DNA of 63,818 nt, counting the filler, from Sphacelaria rigidula (lineage: Eukaryota): assembly GCA_964200075.2 (NCBI GenBank). It is 11 parts of 11 records of this genome, joined end to end, with 100 filler letters (N's around TTAATTAATTAA, not from the genome) between each part and the next. Parts side by side here need not be neighbours in the genome. Positions count along the whole stretch, not along the records: positions 34,867 to 40,577 come from CAXNAA020025057.1; positions 40,678 to 46,388 come from CAXNAA020025058.1; positions 46,489 to 52,198 come from CAXNAA020025059.1; 8 more parts are not named here. One strand, 5' to 3'. Positions 38,201-50,822 of this stretch are shown here, in pieces. Both the position numbers and the translations under genes were made by a program. The notes under the pieces are model-generated. The model did not search any database and was not told the origin of the DNA. It was given only the letters and a program-made list of their open reading frames with translations. The first letter of the stretch is position 1; every line of letters starts with the position of its first letter.

Positions 38201-40187
38201 CATCCGCGTGCACACAGAAGGCTCGGAATGACTCGTTCCGAGCACTTTCGCCGGAGAGAGGATCGCTAGATCGAAGAATGTCCGACTCGTCTGATGACGA
38301 CCGATCGGATGCTGGCTCTCTTCTCGGTACGCCCACCAGACGCATCCGTCTCAGCTTGTCTCGGGCCGCCAAGTCTTCTTCGCGTTTCTCCATCTCGCCC
38401 TCTCGCCGGGCCCGAATCGCTCGACCCCCGTCTACTTCAGTAGGAAAGAAGGAAGAGGAGGAAGCTGTCGCAGCCTTGGCTAAAGTGGTCGAGTGGGAGT
38501 CTCCGTCTAACGAGATGGAGCCTTTGGGGCTTCTACAGCTACCGGATAGGATTACGGACGGCAGCAGCGAAGACGGCGCTGGTGCTGAGGGTGATGTGGA
38601 GGATATGGTTCCCACTTTGAAAATCAGCCGACGCCGGACGGTGGCTCATGTGGTGAGCTCCGTCAAGGAAAGGCTCCACACAGCTCGTCCTTCTGCTTTG
38701 CCGACCGAGGACAGCATGCCGGACGACGACTCCGCCCCGCATGTAACAAGCGGTATTGGCAAAGGCGAGGCCGATAACGGTGGGGGAGAGTTGAAGGTGG
38801 GAGATGAAACGGGCGGATCGGAAGAAGACTTCGGGCATTCTGAAGACGTGAGCACTCACGGCCAGAGCTTTTTCGGTGATCTCCGAAAGCGTCTCTCGGG
38901 CGGAGGTGATGTGGTCGGCCTCAAGGCTGATGTGCAGGAACTTTCGGTGGCCGCAGAGGAGACCGCCGGGTGGACGACGAGGACCGCACCGAAGTCGCCG
39001 GAGGAGGTGCAAGAGATGTTTCAGAGGGCTATCAGGCTATCGGAGGTGAACGTGGAAGGAGCAGGTACCTTGTCTGATGACGATGAGGATTCCATCAAGC
39101 TACCGGGAGCAGGCGCCAAGGTCGTCGGCAGCTTGTCCGACGATGAAGACGATGCGGCGACTATCGAATACAACGATGAGGACACGCTGACGCGGGAGCT
39201 GGACGATCTAGATGACGCCGGTGGTTCGGGCACAGACCACGGCGAGGACCGTGAAGAAGGGGGCGCGGAACCGGAGGACGAGTGCCCCGTGGTTGTGATA
39301 CCGACGCCGACTCCCTGCAATGACAGCCTTGCTGTGTCGTCGTGGGACGACCAGGATGTAGTCGAGAGCGAGAGCAAAGCCGATGCGGGGGAAGAGGCCC
39401 TTGTGCCAATCCCTGCTGAGTCGGCGACGGCCGCGGACAGCGGCAACGGTGATGAGGCGGTCCTGAGAGCTGATGATGCCGGTGCCACCACCTGCCCTCT
39501 TGTGTGGAACGTGACCTTCGAGGTCCCAGAGGACCCGTCTCAGCACGGACGCCTGATTAGCGAGTCGACGCACAGCGTAGCTGCCGAGTCCTATCATAGT
39601 TTGAAGTCGACGGATCTTGTGTGCAGTGAGGAGCTGTCGGCCTCGGAGGATATGTGTGATAGTGACGCGGAAGAGTCCGAGCGGTACTCCATATCAGACG
39701 CGGCGGCAGAGACTGTGTCCGACGTTGCTACATCCGACGACAACGTGACAGTGTCGGATTCCAGCCGTCACACCCAGGTAGAGTCCGCAAGCGGGCAGGA
39801 AGCGGGTGTGGAGTGTTTGGAGCGGTCGTCGGGATCACAGGCTACATGTACTCCTGACGATGTGGACGGAAGTGCCGAGACGAAAGAGATACCCGCGGAT
39901 ACGTCCCCCGTGATCGACGCCGTCCCTCGCTCGCCCGAAAAAACGTCCATGCCTCCGGTAGATACTGGAGATACTTCTTCTCTTCCCCCGGTTGTTGGAG
40001 ATGTGGAGTACAAGCATGCTGTCGAACCTGACCAGCGCAATGTTGCACCGCAGATAGCCGTGGCACCTGATGCGAGTGAAGCAGAAGTGACCACCACAAC
40101 TCCTGCCCCGGGCCCCTTGGACCAGAGCGATCCGGCTTTTTGGGATGGACTGACGACTTTGCTGAAGAGCCCGCGCACCACGCCTAG
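35255..40187 (+). CDS. Unknown multi-exon protein, partial (exons ~35255-35291, 35409-35570, 35788-35958, 36149-36210, 36405-36866, 37207-37408, 38218-40187)
   Basis: Six successive GT-AG introns give one stop-free frame. Helical-looking N-terminal part followed by a Ser/Asp/Glu-rich disordered region. The first two exons are least certain. Confidence 0.7.
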
Positions 40188-40801
40188 GTATGTTGTCGTG
40201 CAGTGGACAACGACGTCTTCGCAATTCGAGAGTGCAACGTGAATAAAATTAGAGTACAACGTGTATTGCGGGTAGAGTCGGCGGTTAGTATCACGTAAAT
40301 GTTGGATATTTTTCTCTGGCCCGTTGACTGTGCTGGATATTTCGTGGTGGTGTTCACTGTTCAAAATTGCGAGTCGAAGAAGGCGACCTTCAGATTTACT
40401 GGCCGTATCTCTGATGCCCCCCACTGCTAACATTTGTCTTGCGGCAGCTGTTTGTTGGTGATGATGTACATACCCGAGGTCATCAATCACGAAAACAATC
40501 GCTACAGCTGAGCAATGCTACGGTAGGGGTGCACTTTTTTCGCGAAATTATGTCTGGTTCAGAGGCTCCTAACGATTNNNNNNNNNNNNNNNNNNNNNNN
40601 NNNNNNNNNNNNNNNNNNNNNTTAATTAATTAANNNNNNNNNNNNNNNNNNNNNNNNNNNNNNNNNNNNNNNNNNNNGGATTCTGGAGAAGTCCCTCACT
40701 GAATAGCCCTCTTGTCCAGATCGTCTGGCAGAGGCTATACATCATTATTCACTTGAAAAAACTGTCAGTGAACCAAATGGACTACCCGCACCGCGGTCTG
40801 A

Positions 40802-41284
40802 GACCATCTCCTATGGTAACGAATCTCCATTTGTACAAATATGACGTTTTCGTTCCGTCTACTACAGGCGATTTCATCCCGTGGATTGATTTTTCGGACT
40901 CCTGCCCGTTGGGCAATGTTTTTCGGCTAGCTGTGAGAAAACCACATCAACTCTCCGATTCTCTGGACGTTTACTTTCGGTATATCACATTTTTACTCAA
41001 ATCGGAACACTCCCGCATCTCCCCCGATATTTTTTTGCTCAATCGGGAAAAAATGGGGGAGATGCGAAGGGAGTGTCCCGATTTGAGCAGAAAGGTGATA
41101 TACCAAAAGTAAACATCCATAAAATCGGAGAGGTGATGTGGTTCTCTCACAGCTAACCGAAAAACATTACCCAACGGATTAGGACTGAAAAATCAATCTA
41201 CAGGGGAGAAAGTCGCCTGTAGGCGGACTGAAATCCTCATATTTGTACAAATCGAGGTTTCTGTTGCCATTATAAAAGATGGTC
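40802..41284. mobile_element. Foldback MITE (~240-bp inverted arms)
   Basis: GACCATCT...AGATGGTC ends, arms complementary almost to the centre (~41042), flanks TGA and TAA. Confidence 0.85.
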
Positions 41285-42344
41285 TAAGGGTTAGAACGGT
41301 TTCTCCCAAGAATCACTCTCTAAAAAAAATCGTCAAAGTTATGTGTAACACCCATCCAATGTTGGCCGTACGTATAACCGGATTTAGTACATTTAGAGCT
41401 ATACGCGATAATATACTGATCCCTTCAATAGGGAGCTTCAACCACCTTTCTTGTTCAGGGTGCGTCATAATATAGTCCATCGCTCCGCTCAAAACGGCAG
41501 GAATTAGTAGGAGATATGGTGTAAGAACTTGAACAAAAAGGTCACGATCGGAATCTCACGAGACTCAACGTTTTCGTGAGTTTAAGGGTGAAGCGCTGAC
41601 TGAGAGTGGCTTCGATCATTCGTTTTAACTTGGCCAATTTTTCATCCCGTGTGTCCTTTTCTTTGCCTCCATCCCTGGCGTGTGCTTACAGCTACATGTC
41701 GATATCCTACTCGGGGATATCAAACGCGTCAGTGGCAAGCTACTACGGGAAGCATATCGGGCCTCTTGGAGAGGCATTTCGGAACTGAAACTATTCATTC
41801 ACCAATTGACCGCTTTTCATTCTCAATCGTATCCTCTACTCTCAATTTCACGAAAGCGTCGTCAGGTGCGGAATTTTTTGCAAAATTGATTACCCCCTAC
41901 TATCCAAACACACAGTCATGGCGCGTGTTATGTATATCGTTTTTTAGCTTGGAACACCCGAACGGTTGAAAAAAACTGGAAACGTGCCAAACTTATCCTT
42001 CTGATGTATGAACCCTTCTCTCCTCGTTGGGATGTAGTCAACACGTCCCCTCGCCAAACACCCCGTGCCCGAAGAGGGATTTTATCACATATATTCGTCA
42101 TTTTTTGCGAGCGGGGTAGAATGAATCTCAACAGGTAGGTTGCATGCAAAGATATTGGAGGCTCCTCGGGAAAGTTCAGAAAAGCACGGCTGGTTCGTAA
42201 TCGAGAAAGTACGCACACAAACATCATAATACAAACCACGAAAAAAACTGCGTCACGCATCCGAATCATCATGATCGCTCAACAGTTAGTTGAGAAAATA
42301 TTACAGAAATCGTATACACACCATATACACACAGTTAGAGACAT

Positions 42345-42590
42345 GCTACGGTAGGTAGCGGTTGCACATTTGGGCCCAAATCTTCGTCAATCAGGGGCTG
42401 TCAATAACGTCAACAGCAGCTACACAAGAATATGGGTCAGGATACTCCCGTTTTCAGATTCATTTGACATGTTCCCAGCCCATTGAAATACTAATCGGGA
42501 CGTGCTCTCGCATATTTCACAAGTCGGGATGAGATAGAGGGCTCCTAACAATTTGAACCTCAAACAATATTCGTGTACCCCTACCGTAGC
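42345..42590. mobile_element. MITE of the GCTACGGTAGG family
   Basis: GCTACGGTAGG...CCTACCGTAGC, with subterminal GGGCTCCTA shared with 12669-12908. Confidence 0.7.
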
Positions 42591-44977
42591 GCCACTCATT
42601 AGGTCACCAACAGGTCACGCGAAGGGATGATGACATATGCAAACAAGTATTCAGGGAAACATATCAGGGAAAGTACGGCTGGTCAACCCATCAGGTGAAA
42701 AAAAAAAAATGACACCGTAAAAACTACTCATTCCGATCAGCACCCATCGCTCAGTAGCGGAGAAAACATCATTCCGCACTAGGACGGCAGACCATGCGAT
42801 TCATTCATCAAAAGGTCACACTAAGTCAACGGGATTCATCCGCGCGTGCAAAGATGTTTTCAGGGGAAAAAAACACTGAGAGTAAATAAAGCTTGTTGAT
42901 TAATTTATCAAGTACACAAGGAACAATCATCACATCAAAAACAACTCCACCCATCAACATCGCTCCTAAAATAAATGTCGAAAAAAGAACTATCCACAAG
43001 GGCAGGCCGTCCCACTAATCGACTTTAGGAAAAGGGAAAAATCGCCATCTATCGTGACGGGACCTAACTATTACTTGTAGCTCCGCCGAACTCAGCAGCT
43101 GAATGAAGCACAACGCAGTACCCACTCGTTAAGGCATGTGTCCATGCTCGCTGTGCTCCGCGTCGAACTCATTTAAGCACAACTAAAAGCTGAAGAGAGT
43201 AAAACTCAACTCCTGTAAAACTATCTGCAGGCAGTTTTTCCGCACGCCAACAACGTTTGGGCACCAAAAGTGGCGACATCGCACTGGAACCAAGGTTGTG
43301 ATCTGTATACCCGAGAGGGGGCGGCGTACTCATTTGTTGCTTGCTTTCGTCGTTTGACCATTGAAGGGGAGGGGGGGCGTATCTATTGGCATGCTAAAAT
43401 ATACCGGAATGTTTATCGAACATCCCAGTATGGTTCAGGAGGGTATCGAGCCCTGCTCCAAACACTCCAGGTATAGTATGGGAAGGTATTTACTGACGAC
43501 ATACCTTTTTCATGCCTGTATGACTACCCGAATTTCCGCCGGTATACCCTACATAACACGATCCTGGAAACCACCTTCCCCACAGCAGATATATCCCTGC
43601 GTACAAACCGGCCTGAGTTAGAAGGGAAGCAAGTTAAAGGCTGATCTCCTAACCCACACGACTGCACTCCCCGAGGACTAAACGACCAAACGTATCCAAT
43701 ACCACCGGAGCACCTGCGGCAGCTTTAACACATAGCGTGTGTAGCTGATGGAGGCGTGGGCTCGTCTTGAACTGCGCGCGCTAGTCTGCGACTGCCGCTG
43801 CCGAGAATGTCATGAATGCATATCGCCGCCCAGACGACCGGAACAGACTTACCGCGACTCGATGCTAGAGACGATAACAGGGACTTCGTGCCCACACTTT
43901 TCCTCATGGCCAACCTTGTCAGTGCGCTTCTCATCGGGACAATGATGCTTGTGTGCTACTCTTCATGTCGTCAACGCTCAACTTTTTTGCGAGATCGTCC
44001 TTTTAGTGTTTCGGTTGGGTGCGACTCCACCAGCAGCAGAATCCAGTATCCTCCAAAAGCGACGACACAGTAATACGCTACATTGACGTCAAAATCACAT
44101 CAGTGTCTTCCTCCAAGCACTGTAACCTTTGCCATGTCCCACATGCTGCTGTCCTCTACTTGCGAGTCCAGAGTTTACGCTCTGAAAAGTCCTGCTCAAC
44201 TTTCGACGAAAATACTGGGGCCCACGTAGTTGGAGCCTCGATAATTACAATTCACGACTAAAACTGCTACGCACAACCGCAATCGGCGGGAGTAATGAAA
44301 GGAACAAACCCGAAAACACCAGGCGAGAAATCAAGACAAGAGTATTATCATTTCAGTAGCTAAACTGACCATTTCACCACGACAGGGAGGAATTATAACG
44401 TATTGACAATAACCACGAGACAATAAGAGACGAAAAGAATATGCACGCCTAAAAAGTGAGCATCAAGAATCAAACGATGGTCGCCGGTCCTCACGGTCAA
44501 AGAGGACACTGAGGTATATAAAAAATTGAAACAAAATCCAAAACAAGGGACTGAGATCTAACACACCCTGTGCTCCAACGCTAAAATGGGGGCGGGCTAC
44601 GCAACCACCATCATCAACCTGAACATGCATAATATCGCCACGAAGAACAGCAAAGCCGCGGCATACTGCACTATCTCTACTGAAGCCCCTCAAAGTAGCG
44701 CCAAGAGAACCCTAAACCGATCGGTAACGACTATTATAAACCTCAAAAGGCTTGCTCCGAGAAAAATGTTCGAAAATACGTTGTGATAAATAACAAGATT
44801 TCAAGAACTGTACAAGTCATTCGTCCGTCCGCATACGGCAGTAACCTCAACAACGGGGAGATTTCACTCCTTCCCCTCCTGCTGCTGCAGCACGCCCGAC
44901 ACCCCATGGGTACCGTAAAAGCCGCCTGCATGCACCCCCAGGTGGGGGCGGGAGGGATCTATTTGTTCTTGGGCGGC

Positions 44978-46026
44978 CTACTTCATCTTTTGCACGGTGG
45001 CATGCGCTTGTACCGCAGCCCCGTGGAGGTCTGCGCTGTTTACATCAACGCCCGAGTCTCCGAAGGTCAGGTTGCGCACCAACGGCTCTCCGTCCTTGGT
45101 GACGAGCGTCACTGGTGGGGTTTGTTGTCAAGAGCATATTAGGCCGACAACGGGACGGAGTACGGGGGGAAACAAATATTTTGGTTAATGAATGTGACAC
45201 GGTACGGTAAACTACGGACGATGGAAATCATCACCGGGAGGGGGGGGGAGGTTTTCGGGATAGAACAACTCATCGTTCGGGGATGGTATGTGGGGTATGT
45301 GGGTGCGCAGGGTGATGATGAAGCGTCATGACACGCTAAAACCACTCGGAAACTGCTCCGTGATTGTCGTTATTTGGGGGTGGGTGATATACAACGTACA
45401 TAAAGCTGCTGATGATAACGTCGTCACCTACGATTCTGCCCTTCACCACGTCAATCGAGGACAGGAACAAAAAACACCCGCCTCTGACTTCTTGCAGACC
45501 ACAGCACGAGGCTTCTCGTTCGCCCGATGGGGGCCACGGACCTTCAAAGTGAAAAGGGAGTATACCACCAATGCTATTAATAGTACCTTGTAATTTTTTT
45601 TCTTCTCTTCCTTGATGACAAGTCTGACAAAATCACACCGTACATCATCGACGCAGAAGCACACGTAGCCCAAGCGGGAAGATCTGAAAAACATTTTGTT
45701 CGGATTGAGGAAAAAAAAAACGGAACAAAAACCCCTCAATCCCACAGGTTAACTTCCGACAAAACAACACAGTCTTTCTGACAGGGCTATAAATCTCCTT
45801 CATGTCAAAATCACGTCAGCCATTGTTGGGGTCGAAACGCAACTCAACTGAAAACCGACACTCCTCGACCGTGATTTGATCCGGTCCCTCGCCCACGAGA
45901 CACAGTGTTTTGGACTTTGGCCCTCTCCACTACTCTCCGATCTACCCCTGATCTTTTAGGGAGTCGGGACGGGCGGACTGGGGGGGAGCAATTCATGACA
46001 TCACCATGAGCTTCGCCCGCGCCAAC
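44978..46026 (-). CDS. Possible terminal exons of an unknown protein (46026-46005, 45111-44978)
   Basis: Phase-compatible splice gives VGAGEAH-V-TLVTKDGEPLVRNLTFGDSGVDVNSADLHGAAVQAHATVQKMK*. Confidence 0.4.
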
Positions 46027-46584
46027 CTGCAGAGCACAGCCATGACCTACCCCAGGGAACAAGGCCCTCCAATGAAATTGAGGGGTCGTACAGTTTTGAG
46101 ACAAACTTTGTGAGATACACAACTCGAGAGGATGAAGCCCCAGCGTGTTTTCCCCCCCGAAAATGCGAGTCACGTATCATTCTGGAACAGTATGAGGCTA
46201 AGGTGTCAAACAATCATCCATGCTTGTGATTGACAAGATCAACTTTGTTTCACAAAAGGGAGGAAAATCAATGATATGCGGAAGCCCTACAATACGTGGC
46301 TGTTGTCTGGGTGGCTAACAAAACGAGAAATGTAATCGACAAAAACAAGGACGCATGATGTGTTTGAGGGGGGGGGGGGCGTACTCATNNNNNNNNNNNN
46401 NNNNNNNNNNNNNNNNNNNNNNNNNNNNNNNNTTAATTAATTAANNNNNNNNNNNNNNNNNNNNNNNNNNNNNNNNNNNNNNNNNNNNATATTTCGAAGA
46501 TTTAGTGTGGATACGAAGATTTTAATCCTCCGGGTTCTCATCCTCAATCAAAAGCACCATCCTCAACATAGATGATTGGCTGTT

Positions 46585-47153
46585 CACAGTGCTTTGCCCA
46601 CATTCTCAGCGAGGGTGCCCAATGACGCTTTTGTAAGCCAAATGTCCCTAGATCGCGTAGATACTTCCATCACATTTTTTGTACTCTTGTGAGCTTACAG
46701 CGCTGATCGAAACTGTCATTTCCCTTGATTGTGGAGGAGGGATGGTATCAGGGGAAACAAAGGTTTCGATCAGCGCTGTATGCTCGCAAATCCGGTAAAA
46801 TGCGCTAAAGTATCAGAGGGTCGGACGAATATTGATTCGTCTGAAAATTACTTGGTTTAATTATAATGAGTCGACTCATACGAATCAATCCCTAGCCTTT
46901 AATTCAGCGTCGTAACCCAGGTACACGCAGCCCAGACACGTGGAATGGCGCAAAAGTTGCGTGGATAGATACCCCTTGGACCAGCGATCAACGTTATCCT
47001 CCCTTTCGGCCAATCAGGCCGAAGAAATCGTGAATTTGGTGATTTTGAGTCATTATTTGTCCTAACCGTGAAAGTATCTATGCGATCGAGGGGCATGAGG
47101 CCGACAAAAACGTCACGGGGCACCATCGCCGGAAGTGTGGGGGGAAAGCACTG
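46585..47153. mobile_element. Element bounded by ~80-bp imperfect inverted repeats, with an internal hairpin (46692-46786)
   Basis: CAGTGCTTTGCCCACATT...GATCGCGTAGATACTT versus AAGTATCTATGCGATC...GGGAAAGCACTG. The internal segment 47023-47072 also occurs at 1-54. Confidence 0.6.
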
Positions 47154-47267
47154 CTTTCGGCTCGGAGCCTCATTTCCTTGTACAATCTCATTTTATGTAA
47201 TTGTCTTGTGTTTTCCGTAGCATTATACAAACTATTACACACATTAGCATTATACAAACTATTACAT

Positions 47268-47635
47268 AAATTTCGACTCTTGTCGGTGGAGCAGAGCTCG
47301 ATTTGACGGTCGACGGGGGAAAGGGGCCGCTACACCCTTCTCGCGCAGAAAAACGCGAAATAGGTCCAGTGGCCCCTTTTCCCCGTCGACCGGGCAGTTG
47401 ATTCCACGACACAGCCGATTTTTCTGTAATAGTTTTGTGTACTGCAACGGAGAACACACCAGACAACTCCATAAAATGGAGATTGTACGATGAAATGAGG
47501 CCCAAGGGAGTACGAAGAAAAGTAAGAAATATCTCCTGTGTAGGCCTTTTTCCTGTGTGATCTTGGTTGATACACCCGACATGTACCGAAGCGTGTAAAC
47601 TAGCATGCAGAATAGATGGAATGACGACACACACC
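47268..47635 (+). mobile_element. SINE-like repeat related to 5045-5395, without the tRNA head
   Basis: Shares AAATT.C.ACTC..GTCGGT, GGTCGACG.GGG.AAGG, CCTGTGTGA and CAGAATAGATGG...ACACAC. Confidence 0.6.
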
Positions 47636-50043
47636 CGATACATCTGTATATACATATTCACATACATCGACAATAAATGAAGAATAATCACGAGCGTAGT
47701 TTACTATGAATTCCCGACCTTCAACCGGTAGATCCTGCTCACACCATAATAACTCCGACCCTCTTTCGACTCATCCCCGAGACTGATCCCTCACAATTAT
47801 TCCATCGCCTCTAAAATGATGGATCACATCACCGCTGATGACGACCAAATTGCTGTGCTAACCTACCACCTGTACAAAAATGTTGTTCGTCCTCCGTTGT
47901 CTCACTCCCACGAATAAAACAGATAAGTGCGACGACCACAAGAAGTGCGGGGACGGCTGGAAGGGTGAGTGATGTCACTGGTTCCAAGTGCATGACAAAC
48001 GGTCCACATTCCCTTGAAAAACACATGTCAAAACTGGAGAGATTGGCGATCTTCCAACCCGAACCGTTATGGGTCAATCCACCCCCTCTGCGAGACACGT
48101 TTCACAGCTGCGACAAATTCTTCGGACGTGCTACTTTGGTCAACATTGCGAAAAAAACGGGATACCAGTTGTCACCGGGGCGTGCCGGTTTTTCCAGATA
48201 CCGTGTTGCGTGGGGTTTTCATTCTCGAAGGTTCGACAGTGCTTGTTGACGAGAACTCAGAATACCAAACACTACCGACCTGGAAGGTTGCGCACCTCTC
48301 CGGAGGAATTTGGGGGTATGCGTGACCCTCCAAAGGCAAAAACAAGCCTCCGGAGGCGTTTAATCCCTCTGGAGGAAACCAAAGAATCTCCTCTGGAGGG
48401 CTAGGCACCCCTCCGGAGGCATTTACTTCCTCTGGATGCTCGAAACGTTTACCCACCTGGAGGAATTTTGGGGTAGCCAAATGGTCGCATGTGTCGTCGT
48501 TCGCGAGACGACCGTGGCGATCGAAGCTTGCCCACCAAGGTAGTTTGCGTGCGTGCGCGGCTGACCGGGATCAGCAACGGATCCCTTCTGTTACGTCAAT
48601 GCCTCACCTAAAAGTTGCATCTCGAGTGAAACCATGTCTGTTCACCATCCTTTCGATCATTTTGCCGAACTATCGCGTCGAGTCATAGACAGCTACCAGA
48701 AGATGGACATCAATACTTGACGTTGACAGCCTCCAGCGAAGCAGTGTTCTGACAATTTCAATATATTCGACCCTTGGAATGCTCGAGATTTCTTGATCTC
48801 ATTTGCTTTCGACGACCCCTTGTTCAGAGGTTTTGAAAAGCACAGCTGTGTCGCCTTTGTGTATCAAAATGTTCTTGCTACTCAAGTAGTCTCATGCTTT
48901 CAAAGACAGAAATCAGATGATTCTGAGGAATAGCATCGTAAAAGAAATCCATCTGGTGACAAATGAACTTCTTACTCCACCGTAATCCGTGACAGGATGT
49001 AGCAGGTTTGCCAATAGGGCGCGACGGCTGGTACATGCTGGGAAATATTTGAGAAGCACCGTCGGTTGCAATGTACAAACCGTCATTCCCATTAACAACC
49101 GTTCGGTGTCAGTCCCAGGGGTGGGCTGTTGGAACAATGCGGGAGGAGGGTTTCATGAGATCGTGTAGCGGACTTTGGTTACTGTTGGGGTCGTGAACCT
49201 CCTAGCCTGCCGATCATCGGCTGGGTTGGGTGCCGGTGTGTGTATATATATATATGTGTGTATAAATATTACCGTCTGGCGATCAAAATAGTTGACAACG
49301 TCCAACAATGTTTTCGTGAGATCGAGAGTAGCCACTCTCGACCAGCGCTCTGCTATCAATCCCACGAAAACGTTGTTGTCCGTGTGTCGTTGTATGCCCG
49401 TCTTCTGGTCCAGACTCCTCCAGTGACTCCAAGGATCATCACAAGCGCTCGAGTTCCAGCAGCCACTCCAGTTCCAGCAGCCACTCCAAGCGCAAGGACT
49501 CCAGTTCCAGTAACTCCAAGGACCACAAGCACAAGAAGAAGCACTAAGCAATGTGAGTGGAATACCTTCCCATCAAAACGCAGTTCGCTGTAAGAAGCCT
49601 CCATACGGGTACCGGGGTCAGCGGAGAGTGCTGGTGGCAAAAATACTCAACAGTACGTTGTGCTGGTCGCCCTATCTTATCGAGCACTGATGCGATGGGA
49701 GCCAGTTTGCCAGGCATCACTTCTTTGTTGAAATTCGTTTCTTACTGAACGTCTCTCGATGGACGCTTGCTGATTGAACTTCAACATATCGGCTTCGGCT
49801 CTCATTGTGGTTGCAACGTTTCAGTGTGGATGTTTTAGACACCGGGAATACGAGGTTTTACAAATTGGGGGATGGATCGTTTATCGAGGATTAAAACCCG
49901 GAGGAATGAAATCTTCGTATCCAAAATAGATCCATCCCCAACTTGTAAAATCCCGTGTTGGGAGCGTTTTGATTGTGCCAAGCGTGGGCTGAAAATCGGT
50001 TCCTGCTAGGGGGGTTGCAAATGTGGGCCAAGATATTTCTCAT

Positions 50044-50184
50044 TCAGGCACTCTCACGTTAGTAGCTACACGGTAAAATAACAGGACATTCGGGATAGAA
50101 AAAATATTCGGGATCAGGCACTCTCATGTTAGTAGCTACACGGTAAAATAACAAGACATTCGCATTAGAAAAAATATTCGGGAT
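50044..50184. repeat. 71-bp tandem duplication
   Basis: TCAGGCACTCTCA.GTTAGTAGCTACACGG...AAAAAATATTCGGGA occurs twice. Confidence 0.9.
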
Positions 50185-50455
50185 ATTCCTCGTCGATTTG
50201 GAATGATAATCGGGGCGTGGTCTCACATATTTCATAATTCGTTAATCTTGATAAACTATTTTTGCACCCCTGCCGTACGTAGCACCACCTCCATACACAC
50301 ATGACTACCGCGGGAAAATGCGCCGCCAACTTACCATGCGAAACTATAGTAGTACGGACAGTTTGTTTATACAACAATCTACCATGCGACACTGTTGTAA
50401 TACGGACAGTTTGTTTACACAACAGCCACGAGACATTTTGAGGTAGAGATTATCG

Positions 50456-50822
50456 TTGAGGATGAACACTCGCATTTCTTTTTTTTCATCCACACCAATT
50501 CTTCGAAATATGGTTCCATTCCTTCATGTACTAGTAGCTACTAACAACCACAACGCACGCCCAAAACGTTGGACCTCGATTACCGAAAATTTGGGGCCTT
50601 AGGTGAAGAACAAATGTTGAGAATATAGGTTATCCGATGGGATCACCTAGTTCCCCAATATTATTTCTTCACCTAGGGCCCCAACATGTCGGTTATCAGA
50701 ATCCCTTTATACACGGCGTGTAGTCGTTGTCAATAGCTACAAGCAGATGAAGGAATAGTCGCCATATCTCGAAGAATTGGTGCAGATGCGAAGATTCTAA
50801 TCTTCTGGTTTGTCATCCCCAA
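50456..50822. mobile_element. Foldback element, imperfect palindrome centred near 50637
   Basis: Nested complementary blocks CCAATTCTTCGA/TCGAAGAATTGG, GTAGCTA/TAGCTAC and TAGGTGAAGAA/TTCTTCACCTA. Confidence 0.75.

Noticed and set aside
48279..48477. CRISPR-like array
   Set aside because: Repeats are only 10 bp with 9-20 bp linkers, context is eukaryotic, and there are no cas genes.
48500..49800. hAT transposase C-terminus on the minus strand (VRTLLRWRL)
   Set aside because: One weak motif without the ER.FS signature; the + strand shows a competing exon-like piece (49414-49552).
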